From an uncultured Methanosarcinales archaeon (lineage in GTDB: Archaea > Nanobdellota > Nanobdellia > Woesearchaeales > UBA583): a DNA stretch of 64,000 nucleotides. Of the stretch, positions 8,775 through 18,007 are shown piece after piece. Each line of letters opens with the position of its first letter. Position 1 is the first letter of the stretch. Under the pieces are notes generated by a model that worked only from the letters and a program-made list of their open reading frames with translations, searched no databases and had not been told where the DNA came from. The translations under genes were made by a program, and so were the position numbers. The DNA is taken from contig CAZULG010000005.1 in assembly GCA_964621065.1 (NCBI GenBank), positions 108-64,107 on the forward strand. The letters run 5' to 3'.

Positions 8775-10055
8775 GTGGCACTTGATGAAGTAATCATTAA
8801 ATACACAATTTGGATTTTGTATTTCATTAGTCTCTATTTACTCCTCTATTGGATGCTTGTTATGTTTGAACATAACACTCCTACAACAAAGCGCTCGATA
8901 CTCAACAAAGAAGAAGAAGTTACAATTATACTTCCAATGTGGAACGAGGAAGAAAATATTGGACCAACTCTTAAATCTTTGTTTCAATCAAAATACCCAA
9001 AAGATAAATTTCATGTTATTGTTGTTGATGATGGTTCAACAGATAATTCATACAACATAGCAAAGGAGTATCAAAAACAATACAATTTTAAACTTATTAC
9101 TCAAAAAAATGGTGGGAAATATACTGCTCTCAACAAAGGACTGAAATATGTAAATACTCCTTATTTTGCTTGCTTAGATGTTGATGGATATGTTGATAAA
9201 TATGCGATTCGAAACATTCAAAAAGAATTTACACATAAAAATGTTGCAGCTGTAATGCCAATTATGAAAGTAGCTGAGCAACACAATATGCTTCAAAAAG
9301 TTCAATCACTCGAATATATTTTAAATGTATTTTTAAAGTATTTTATTAGTAAAATTCACTGTGTTCATGTAACTCCTGGACCATTGAGTACATATCGAAC
9401 TGATGTTGTGAAAAAACTGGGAGGATTTGTAAAAGGATATAATACTGAAGATTTGGAGATGGCGCTGCGTTTACAATCTAAACATTATGAAATCAAACAA
9501 TCAAGTGATGCAATTATTTATACGAAAGCTCCTAAAACGCTCAATGGATTTATAGCTCAACGTCTAAGGTGGTATTTAGGATCAATGAAAAATGTACTAA
9601 TTACATATAGATATATGATTTTTAATAAACAATATGGAGAATTTGGTATATTCTACATTCCATTCGTAGCAGTAAATGGATTACTGGGTTTTTTAGGTGT
9701 TGCAATAATTACATATTTATTCATAAAAAGTATGTATCATTTCATTAAACGAATGTATCTAACAAATTTTGATATTGTAACTTATATTACATCTATAACA
9801 TTTAATTTTGATATACTTGCACCTAATTATCAAATGATATTTGGAGGACTCATTATTTATCTCATTATATTTTTATATATCTTCTTAGCATATATTAATG
9901 CTAAGGAAAAATTAAGCGTATTTGAAACATTTAAAAAAGTATTTGTATTTTTATATTTTTTTTTAATTCTTAAATTTATTCTAGCTTATATTTGGTTTAA
10001 AGTATTTTATAGACTCTTTAGAGGAGATCAGAATAAATGGATTAAATCTAAATAG
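8775..10055 (+). CDS. Family-2 glycosyltransferase, processive type, multi-pass membrane
   Basis: VVDDGSTDNS, a DVDGY (DxD-like) motif, and QRLRWYLGS (the Q-x-x-R-W motif of processive beta-glycan synthases), followed by C-terminal TM helices. The listed start is GTG. Confidence 0.8.
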   Translation: MALDEVIIKYTIWILYFISLYLLLYWMLVMFEHNTPTTKRSILNKEEEVTIILPMWNEEENIGPTLKSLFQSKYPKDKFHVIVVDDGSTDNSYNIAKEYQKQYNFKLITQKNGGKYTALNKGLKYVNTPYFACLDVDGYVDKYAIRNIQKEFTHKNVAAVMPIMKVAEQHNMLQKVQSLEYILNVFLKYFISKIHCVHVTPGPLSTYRTDVVKKLGGFVKGYNTEDLEMALRLQSKHYEIKQSSDAIIYTKAPKTLNGFIAQRLRWYLGSMKNVLITYRYMIFNKQYGEFGIFYIPFVAVNGLLGFLGVAIITYLFIKSMYHFIKRMYLTNFDIVTYITSITFNFDILAPNYQMIFGGLIIYLIIFLYIFLAYINAKEKLSVFETFKKVFVFLYFFLILKFILAYIWFKVFYRLFRGDQNKWIKSK

Positions 10056-10111
10056 TGCGTGAATAGTCGGGTGACATATGTCACCCGTTTACACAAATCT
10101 AAATAGTGCGT
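10044..10111. repeat. 17-bp direct repeat pair flanking a perfect 20-bp palindrome at the GT2 gene 3' end
   Basis: aaatctaaatagtgcgt occurs at 10044-10060 (it contains the GT2 TAG stop) and again at 10095-10111. Between the copies lies cgggtgacatatgtcacccg (10068-10087), a perfect palindrome. Confidence 0.85.
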
Positions 10112-10159
10112 AAAATAATTAAAGTAAAAGTTTATAAAAATAATTAATTTCGTACATTT

Positions 10160-10837
10160 ATGCATAGAGAGATACATAAATCCAGACACATTATTGTATT
10201 AATTCTCACAGTAATTATATTCTCACTTGGAGTGTTAATAGGATCACAAGTTGAGGATTTTAGAATTGATAATTTAGAGAATCAATTTCGTGAAGAATCT
10301 AATAAATTTACCCAAATTCAAGCTGAGATTGATTATATTAATTTTTTAATTGAATCTGAAGACAATATCTCTTGTGGAACACTGACTGATTCATATCTAA
10401 CAAGTGTTGAACAATTAGACGACTCTGTGTTTAGACTTGAAAATTATCAATCAACTGCAACATTTAACCAAAAACAGTATAGAGAACTCCAAAATCAATA
10501 TTTCAATTTAGAAACACGTTATTTTATACTTGCTCAAAGTATTAATACAATTTGTCCGTTCTCTTTTGATACAATATTATATTTCTACACTGACGATGAA
10601 AACTGTCCTGAATGTGAAGACCAAGGAGTATATTTAGACCATATTAAAAATAAATACCAAGATGATGTAATGATTTTCTCATTTGATACTCAAGGAAGTT
10701 CAAATATTGTAACTCTACTTAGACTTAATTATGATATAGATGTATTTGAAACTCCAACTATTATTATTAATGGAGAAGAGCAACTTGGTTTTTCTAGCTC
10801 TCAAACTATTGAAGAATATCTGTTTGAAAATGAATAA
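10160..10837 (+). CDS. Membrane-anchored thioredoxin-fold-like protein (CxxC)
   Basis: N-terminal TM segment (IIVLILTVIIFSLGVLIG). CPEC motif followed by ...FETPTIIINGEEQLGF, reminiscent of glutaredoxin/DsbA-like folds. Tentative. Confidence 0.5.
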   Translation: MHREIHKSRHIIVLILTVIIFSLGVLIGSQVEDFRIDNLENQFREESNKFTQIQAEIDYINFLIESEDNISCGTLTDSYLTSVEQLDDSVFRLENYQSTATFNQKQYRELQNQYFNLETRYFILAQSINTICPFSFDTILYFYTDDENCPECEDQGVYLDHIKNKYQDDVMIFSFDTQGSSNIVTLLRLNYDIDVFETPTIIINGEEQLGFSSSQTIEEYLFENE

Positions 10838-11093
10838 GTATATTTTTAAAATACTCTTTATTATTACTAATTGTAAGGTCCACGGTTAAAACTCCCAAAT
10901 CTAGAGATATATCGATGTATAACTTATATGAGCTCACCAAACATATTGCTTGTCCCTGTGAGTTCTTTGTGACTAAATAAAGAATCAACATCTGAAGGGC
11001 TCTAGATACCTTACTTCTAAAATTGAGGTTTCTCTAAGTGTTTCTATGGAGTGATTGCATTATTTTAAATGTAGTTTAACTACATATTCTTAT

Positions 11094-13949
11094 ATGAAGA
11101 ATCATTCAAAAGTTATAGTCTTCTTGTGTTTTTTTACAATGCTATGTGTTATACAATTTTCTTACGCACAATTTTACCAAGATAGAGAAACTGAAGAATT
11201 TACTACGTATGTTTCAACTGTTGAACCAACTATTGATGTATCTATCACTTCTGAATCTAACAGAGTTATTTTATTTGAACGTGTATTATACAATCAAATT
11301 GAGCAAAATATCGATGAAGTTCCATTTGAATTAGAACCTAAAGAGAGTAGAGATTTTGTATTAAACATTCCTAATAACGAAAAAATTGACTTATTAAGTG
11401 AAGATGTTGATGTAGAAATCGTGATTGAGTCAATTAATTCAAATAATCAACAAACAAGTATTGAACTCATTGGAGACCCTTCTTCATTTACAATTTCATA
11501 TATTTCTCCTACACAAACACAAGCAACTTCTTACGAGACTTCTTCAACGTCTCAAAATATTAATTCGTCTGAACCTATTACGCTGAGTAACACTGATGAA
11601 TTTTTACAAATTGATTTCTCTGAACCTATTGTTGAATATATTGCAACTGTTGATGAAGAAGAACTTAGTGCAAAAACATTTGATTCAAATTTTAAAGATG
11701 AAATTCCAAGCTTAATTGAACTTGACACATCAAATCTAGGACCTGGAGAATACTCTCTTAACTTACAATACAAAGATATTGCAGGAAATGAGCTAGAAGA
11801 AGAATTTACACTTAATGTGCTTGGACCGCCTCTTGAAATTACTAGAATTTATACAAAAAGAGATTCAAACGAATATGATTATTATTTTAATTCTCGTTTT
11901 CCTGAGAATAATATTTATACAAGCTCAAAGAGTTTCAATATTGAATTTGAAACGAATCGAGAAGCAAATTGTTATCAAGAACGTGTTAATCAATTCAGAG
12001 AAACATTTAATGTTGAACCTGTGACAACAAATACTAAAGAGCATTCAATTCCAATTAGTGAGGAAGATATTGTTCCTGAAAAAAATTGGATTATGTGTGA
12101 AGAAGTAAACTCAACACAGAGTGAGCCTTCAAGAACATATTTGTCTGAGAACATGTTTGATGCACAAGTTCTCTTTGGAATTGTCCATTTAGATGAACAA
12201 TCAGATTTTGAGATTACAAATTTTCGACCACAAGGTGTTGTGACTTCATCTCCATTTACAATTGAAGCGACAACAAATTATGATAGTGTTTGTGAGTATC
12301 GCTTTGAAACAAAAGGAGATAGTTATACTCCAATGGATTTTGAATCAGGGAATTTATTAACTCATTTTAAAGAAGGAATTATCTCATCAAATGATTCTGA
12401 GAATTTAATTGGAGATGTGTTATGTGTTGATAAACTTGGAAATGAAGATTCAACTGATGTTGATATTGAATTGGATACAGTTGGTGGAGTTCAGTTAGTA
12501 TCATGGTCTCCAAAACTCACATTTAAAGAGTTTGTTGATGTTGAGATTGAAGTATCTGATCCAAGTGCGAGTTGTGAGATTGTTACAAATTCAAATCCTC
12601 GAGAGACTATTGAACCTTCATCCAATGATTTAGGAGTTCTCACATTTGAAGAAGTGGGACAATTTCAAGAAAGAAAAACATATGACTTGCCTCTTGAGTG
12701 TGTAAATTCAGAAGGTGTAAATTATAATTTAAAAATTAGTATTGAATACGATCCTACATCCCCAACTATTCGAGAACTCAACTTATTCAATGAAAATTAT
12801 GGTCCTACAACTTATTTTTCAAATTCAAGTTATATGGATATAGAGGTTGATGACTCTTCTAATAGTGTTCAATATTATGTTGCTGAGTTAAGTAATTCTC
12901 AAATCATAGTTAATTCAACATCTCTGCCTCTTGAAATTAGAGAAGATTTTTCTCAAGATAGTTCTGTGAGTGTTTATTTTGTTGATGAAGCTGGAAGACA
13001 ATCAAACACTATTGAAGAATCATTCACATTTGATTCTACTCCTCCTGAATTATCAATTCAACTTGGATCATCATCTTCTAAAAGAGTAATTGAGTGTAGT
13101 GATGATCTCTCATCATGTGTTAATATACAATATGGAACGAGTTCAATTGAAGAGAGTTGTAACCCTCGAACTCCTTATAATAATGATAGTGAGATAGATA
13201 TTTTTGGAAAAAATATTATTTGTGCTAAGGCGCTTGATGAAGCAGGAAATAGCGTGAGTATTACTGAGCAAGTTTCTTCATCCACAGGAGGTGGTTTTAA
13301 TGAGAATGGAACTGACATTGGAGAAAATAGTAGTGAAGAAGAACCTTTTGATGAGAATGATGATCAAAATGAATCAGAAGAAGAGAATACTAGTGGTAAT
13401 GAGAGTGATGGAAATCCCTTTGAAGAACCTGATCCTGTTGAACCCGTTGAAAATGAAGAAGAGGGGTTTAATTGGATATTACTCTCAGCGTTTGGATTCT
13501 TATTATTAATGGTAGGAACTGGTGGGTATTATACCTATTCAAGAGGATATTTAGATAAACAGCTTATTAAAATGGGAATTACGCCTAAACACTCCAAATC
13601 ACTCTCAGGTAGATCAACTACTAATTCGGCTTCAAAAACGAATAATTTGTACTCTCCAATTCCTCGAAAAGATATTACTGGATCAAGTGATAAATCAAAT
13701 ACAGTTAATCAGCCTCAAAAAACATATGACTCACATATTGGAAAATTGAACGATTTTATTAATTCAACATTGAATAAAGATAAGGAAATGTTTGATAAAT
13801 TTGATAAGGAAAAAAATCCCACTGCTTCAAAAAAAAATAACTCTTTGAAAAAGGAACTTTTTGAACGGAAAAAAACGTTAGATGAAGAAAAAAAAGGCTT
13901 TGAGGAGTTTTACAAAGATAAAGCAGAAAAAAAAGATAAGGAAAAATAA
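11094..13949 (+). CDS. Large secreted/surface protein with acidic linker, C-terminal TM anchor and K-rich tail
   Basis: The ATG at 11094 gives a signal-peptide-like MKNHSKVIVFLCFFTMLCVIQFSYAQ (the ORF track starts at an upstream TTG). An acidic low-complexity stretch (ENSSEEEPFDENDDQNESEEENTSGNESDGNPFEEPDPVEPVENEEE) is followed by the TM segment WILLSAFGFLLLMVGTGGYY. Confidence 0.65.
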   Translation: MKNHSKVIVFLCFFTMLCVIQFSYAQFYQDRETEEFTTYVSTVEPTIDVSITSESNRVILFERVLYNQIEQNIDEVPFELEPKESRDFVLNIPNNEKIDLLSEDVDVEIVIESINSNNQQTSIELIGDPSSFTISYISPTQTQATSYETSSTSQNINSSEPITLSNTDEFLQIDFSEPIVEYIATVDEEELSAKTFDSNFKDEIPSLIELDTSNLGPGEYSLNLQYKDIAGNELEEEFTLNVLGPPLEITRIYTKRDSNEYDYYFNSRFPENNIYTSSKSFNIEFETNREANCYQERVNQFRETFNVEPVTTNTKEHSIPISEEDIVPEKNWIMCEEVNSTQSEPSRTYLSENMFDAQVLFGIVHLDEQSDFEITNFRPQGVVTSSPFTIEATTNYDSVCEYRFETKGDSYTPMDFESGNLLTHFKEGIISSNDSENLIGDVLCVDKLGNEDSTDVDIELDTVGGVQLVSWSPKLTFKEFVDVEIEVSDPSASCEIVTNSNPRETIEPSSNDLGVLTFEEVGQFQERKTYDLPLECVNSEGVNYNLKISIEYDPTSPTIRELNLFNENYGPTTYFSNSSYMDIEVDDSSNSVQYYVAELSNSQIIVNSTSLPLEIREDFSQDSSVSVYFVDEAGRQSNTIEESFTFDSTPPELSIQLGSSSSKRVIECSDDLSSCVNIQYGTSSIEESCNPRTPYNNDSEIDIFGKNIICAKALDEAGNSVSITEQVSSSTGGGFNENGTDIGENSSEEEPFDENDDQNESEEENTSGNESDGNPFEEPDPVEPVENEEEGFNWILLSAFGFLLLMVGTGGYYTYSRGYLDKQLIKMGITPKHSKSLSGRSTTNSASKTNNLYSPIPRKDITGSSDKSNTVNQPQKTYDSHIGKLNDFINSTLNKDKEMFDKFDKEKNPTASKKNNSLKKELFERKKTLDEEKKGFEEFYKDKAEKKDKEK

Positions 13950-14004
13950 AAAGCAGATAAATGAGAACATATAAAAAACTAGTAGTATTACACATAATAT
14001 TAAT

Positions 14005-14697
14005 ATGAAAAAAAATACTAAAGAATTATCCTACAAAGATAGAGCTAAATCATATATTAACTATATTTTTAAAGGAGATGATTTACTCTCACACGTTCTC
14101 TTTTTCGTAGTATTATTTATTCTCTTTAAATTTATTCTCCTCCCATCTATTGGATTTGTTCTCAATACATCATATCCAATGACTGCTATTGTTTCTGAGT
14201 CAATGGAGCAAGATTTGAATGATAGAGTATGTGGAAAAGTTCCATCTTCGAGTGCAACATATTGGCAAACATGTGGAACATTGTATGAGCAAGAATTTAA
14301 TATTAGTGGAGAAGAATTTGAATTATTTCCATACAGTGATGGGATGAATAGAGGTGATGTTATTATTGTATATGGTAAAGATCCTTCAAATATTAATGTT
14401 GGAGATATTGTATTATTTAAAGGTCAAGATAAAGTTCAACTTCCAAATGGAGAAGAAGAGTCTCGATTTTACCTTGATTATGGACCTATTATTCACAGAG
14501 TTGTAGAAAAAAAATTTGAAAACGACACATATTATTTTACAACTAAAGGTGATAATAACCCTCAAGTCATTAGTTATGAGAAAAATATTCCTCAAGAGGA
14601 CATTATTGGAGTTGCAGTAATAAGAGTTCCCTATTTAGGATTAATTAATTATTGGGCATATCAATACGTAATTGGTCCTATTAGAGGACAAATTTAG
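14005..14697 (+). CDS. Signal peptidase I, archaeal/eukaryal Sec11 type
   Basis: N-terminal TM segment, then IVSESMEQ (SxSMxP-like catalytic Ser box), GDVIIVYG, IHRVV and TKGDNN boxes. Confidence 0.75.
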   Translation: MKKNTKELSYKDRAKSYINYIFKGDDLLSHVLFFVVLFILFKFILLPSIGFVLNTSYPMTAIVSESMEQDLNDRVCGKVPSSSATYWQTCGTLYEQEFNISGEEFELFPYSDGMNRGDVIIVYGKDPSNINVGDIVLFKGQDKVQLPNGEEESRFYLDYGPIIHRVVEKKFENDTYYFTTKGDNNPQVISYEKNIPQEDIIGVAVIRVPYLGLINYWAYQYVIGPIRGQI

Positions 14698-14732
14698 TAT
14701 TGAAATAGTGATAAATTATTCATTGATTGAAA

Positions 14733-16103
14733 ATGGACAAAAACAAAGAAATAACTCAACCAACATTCTCACTGCCTCAACAATTGAGAGAGGAAATTCT
14801 CTCAACAATTAATCCGAGTCTAGATGAGAAAATAAAAACTCAAGCAGTAGTAGATGAATTTTTAAAACATCTACGCGCTCAAGGAGAAAAAAGTCCATAT
14901 TCAATTACATTTGAATTGGGTGGTTCATACGCTAAAGATACTTATTTAAAGGGAGATTTTGATGTAGATATATTTTGTATTTTTAAAGAAAAAATTGAAG
15001 ATTCTCTAATGTGTAATTTTATCAGAGAAATATTAGAGAGTATTAAGGTATCATTTTCAATTGAGCAAGGATCAAGGACGTATTATTCAGGTAGATACGA
15101 ATCAAGCTCTAAACAGTCTATTCAATTTGAATGCGTTCCTACGCAGTGGTATGAAAATCCTTATGATGCAGTAAATTCAACTGACTTGTCGATTCATCAT
15201 GTTAAATTTGTTCAACAAGAAATAGAAAAAAATCCTCAATTGTGCAGTGAGATTAGACTTGCAAAACAGTGGTTTAAAGCAAATGAGTTGTATGGGGCTG
15301 AGAGTTATATTAATGGATTTTCAGGTCATGGAATTGAGTGTTTAATTATTCAACTCCAATCGTTTGAGCGTTTAATTAACACACTAAGTAATATTAACAA
15401 AGGAGAAGTATTTACATTTCACTCTTCAAAAGATGAATATTTAAAGATGTTATCAAAAGATAAACATTCTCCAATTTTAATGCAAGATCCAATTATTAAA
15501 CATAGAAATGCACTCTCTGCTCTAAACAGTGAATTATTTTATAAAGCTAAATTAGAAGCAATTAAAGCTAGTATTAATCCTCTTTGTATTTCTCAATTTC
15601 AAATCCCACTATACCCCAATAAGAGAATTTTATATAAATCAATATTTAACAACTCTAAACAATCTTATGTTGGTGTTAAAATAGATGTTTTAGAGAATTT
15701 GAAAAGTAAAGATATTATCGGCTCAAAGTGTAAAAAAATAGTTCAAAAACTATCTCAACACTTAAAGAGTGAAGGGTTTCAAGTTAACTTTATTGAATTC
15801 AAATATGTTGATTCTCTTCAAATAGCATATGGAAAGATTGTGCTTGAATCAAACACAATCTCATCAGTGTATTATCATAAAGGGCCAACATTAGATATTA
15901 ATCACTCATCAATTAAAGAGTTTTTAAAAAAATATTCTCAAGAGCAATTATTTGTGTACAATAATAGTATGTATGTTAGCAAAGAGCGAAGATTTAGTGA
16001 TGTAGAAGATTTTATCAACGTGTATTCCTCAACACAGAAAATAATTAACTTAATTAATATGAGAAATATTGAAGAATTAGTTGAAGTAGAAATGTTTATT
16101 TAA
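14733..16103 (+). CDS. cca: CCA-adding tRNA nucleotidyltransferase (archaeal class I)
   Basis: LGGSYAKDTYLKGDFDVDIFCIF matches the class-I GSxAKxTxLxGxxDxDIF nucleotidyltransferase motif. Size about 455 aa. I chose the ATG at 14733 over the TTG at 14727. Confidence 0.75.
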   Translation: MDKNKEITQPTFSLPQQLREEILSTINPSLDEKIKTQAVVDEFLKHLRAQGEKSPYSITFELGGSYAKDTYLKGDFDVDIFCIFKEKIEDSLMCNFIREILESIKVSFSIEQGSRTYYSGRYESSSKQSIQFECVPTQWYENPYDAVNSTDLSIHHVKFVQQEIEKNPQLCSEIRLAKQWFKANELYGAESYINGFSGHGIECLIIQLQSFERLINTLSNINKGEVFTFHSSKDEYLKMLSKDKHSPILMQDPIIKHRNALSALNSELFYKAKLEAIKASINPLCISQFQIPLYPNKRILYKSIFNNSKQSYVGVKIDVLENLKSKDIIGSKCKKIVQKLSQHLKSEGFQVNFIEFKYVDSLQIAYGKIVLESNTISSVYYHKGPTLDINHSSIKEFLKKYSQEQLFVYNNSMYVSKERRFSDVEDFINVYSSTQKIINLINMRNIEELVEVEMFI

Positions 16104-16174
16104 ATACCTAAGTATAGCGATACTACTTTTAAATTATGAGCAACATTTTAATAATCAATTTTTAAAATAAAATT

Positions 16175-17995
16175 ATGTATAAATACAAACGCCATATTAT
16201 AATACTTTTCTTAATCACTCTTATCATAATTGCTGGATGTGGAGGAGGTGGTAAACCTCCTAAGAAGTATATTCAAGATTTAACTGATGAACAAAAAGAA
16301 GAGCGCTCTATTGTAGATTCACAAGGAAATGTGCTATTTACTACATCTATTGAAGAATCAGGCGGATTTTTATCAGATTTATTTATTAAAGATGATGACT
16401 TATTAGAAGGATACTCAACTATTGATTCTTTTATTTCTAATCAAGGAGCAAGAGTTAGAGGACCCGGAAGAATTAGTGATTATTATCCACTTAATATTGC
16501 GCTATTATTAAATAATAATAAGCAAAGCCCTGAGCAATTGTATCAAGTTGCTATTGACTCAAACCGTCCTGATGATATTATATCAAGCTATGCTCCTGCA
16601 TACAATTATGACACTTCAGTTCAAAACTCAAATAATATTTTCACACATGATTTTTGGATGAGTCAATCTGGAATGGAGCGTTTACTACAATTTGAAAAAG
16701 AAAATCTTCAAATTTCAAATAGTTGGTATGCTATTGGAGAGAAAGAAAAAGAATTTGTAATTGAAGATGAGAGATTATGTGTTCAAGGAGGAAGAGTTAT
16801 ATCGAATTTGTTGTATTATAGAAGTGAGAATTCAGGTTGCTATGGTAAGAGTACTAGCAATTGTCAAGCTCACTTTAATGAATTTCCTGTGTTTAAAAGT
16901 TGTAGTGGATTAAGTGAGTTAAAAGAGAGTGTCAAAGTACCTAGTGATTGGAATAGTTATAGTTTAAGTTGTAATTTTAATTCTCGATTTTCCTCAATTC
17001 CTTCATTTTTTGAAAATATAAATATGGGATATTCAAATTGTGTGTTGAAAAATTTAGATGAATCAAAAAATTCTGTGTTGTTTGGATATGCAGTGGGAAA
17101 CCCATATATTGAAGGACAAAGCAATGCTCTAAATGTCTCAATTGAAGAATTATTTCCACAAAATAATATTGTATCACAAAATGAGCTTTCAAGTCAAAAT
17201 ATAACTGTTAGAGGAATTGAACAAGAAGCAGTCAATTTAGAAAAAAGTTTTTCAGGTCTTAATGGTTATAACAATGAAGACGGACAATCAACTCCTCAAT
17301 TTTCGAATAATATTTATAATAGTGGTAGATTTAAAATTACGAATGCAGCTTTAAGGGAAGGATATTTAAAATCATCTCTCACACCTGGTCATAATTTATA
17401 TGGTACTATACACCTTGGAAGTTATCAAAGTAAAGTTTCAAATAATTATGCACTAGTTGAATCAACTCGTGAAGTTAACACAGATGTTGAGAGGTATCAA
17501 GTAACACTTGAGAATAATGATGAATACTTTGTATATATAATTCCCTATACTTCATGGTATGCGATATCAACTGATGAGATTGATATTAGTGATTTATATA
17601 ATCAATATTCGCAAAATAGTACACTTCCAAGAAAAAGTGCTGAGAGAATTTATCATACTAAATATGAAAATGGTAAACAATATACGTTGAGTGAAGAGAG
17701 TGAGACGTTAAAATATAAATCTAATTTATTTAATCCAACTGACTCATATACAACTTCTCCAATATATTTACTCAAAATTACAAATAGTGTGTCAGAAGAT
17801 TGTGATAGGTATTTTAAAGAGTATAATTATGAGAAAAACGATAAACTTAGTAATTCAAATGCGGTTTCATGTGATGTCTCAGGTGGAGTGTTACACGCCG
17901 AATTAAACGAGAGAGTCTTCTCTGACCAATTTTCTCCTGAGAATGAATGGGGATTTGGATACATTGTGATGAGAAATATTATGTATCCTAATTAA
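16175..17995 (+). CDS. Secreted putative lipoprotein, function unknown
   Basis: N-terminus MYKYKRHIIILFLITLIIIAGCGGGGKPPKK combines a signal peptide with a lipobox-like IAGC. The rest is an N/S/Y-rich extracellular-looking sequence. Confidence 0.6.
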   Translation: MYKYKRHIIILFLITLIIIAGCGGGGKPPKKYIQDLTDEQKEERSIVDSQGNVLFTTSIEESGGFLSDLFIKDDDLLEGYSTIDSFISNQGARVRGPGRISDYYPLNIALLLNNNKQSPEQLYQVAIDSNRPDDIISSYAPAYNYDTSVQNSNNIFTHDFWMSQSGMERLLQFEKENLQISNSWYAIGEKEKEFVIEDERLCVQGGRVISNLLYYRSENSGCYGKSTSNCQAHFNEFPVFKSCSGLSELKESVKVPSDWNSYSLSCNFNSRFSSIPSFFENINMGYSNCVLKNLDESKNSVLFGYAVGNPYIEGQSNALNVSIEELFPQNNIVSQNELSSQNITVRGIEQEAVNLEKSFSGLNGYNNEDGQSTPQFSNNIYNSGRFKITNAALREGYLKSSLTPGHNLYGTIHLGSYQSKVSNNYALVESTREVNTDVERYQVTLENNDEYFVYIIPYTSWYAISTDEIDISDLYNQYSQNSTLPRKSAERIYHTKYENGKQYTLSEESETLKYKSNLFNPTDSYTTSPIYLLKITNSVSEDCDRYFKEYNYEKNDKLSNSNAVSCDVSGGVLHAELNERVFSDQFSPENEWGFGYIVMRNIMYPN

Positions 17996-18007
17996 TAGAA
18001 AAAAGAG

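Noticed and set aside
10806-10991. 61-aa minus-strand ORF in the spacer upstream of the surface-protein gene.
   Set aside because: It overlaps the 3' end of the 10160-10837 gene in antisense and has no motif and no obvious promoter geometry. I treated the region as non-coding instead.
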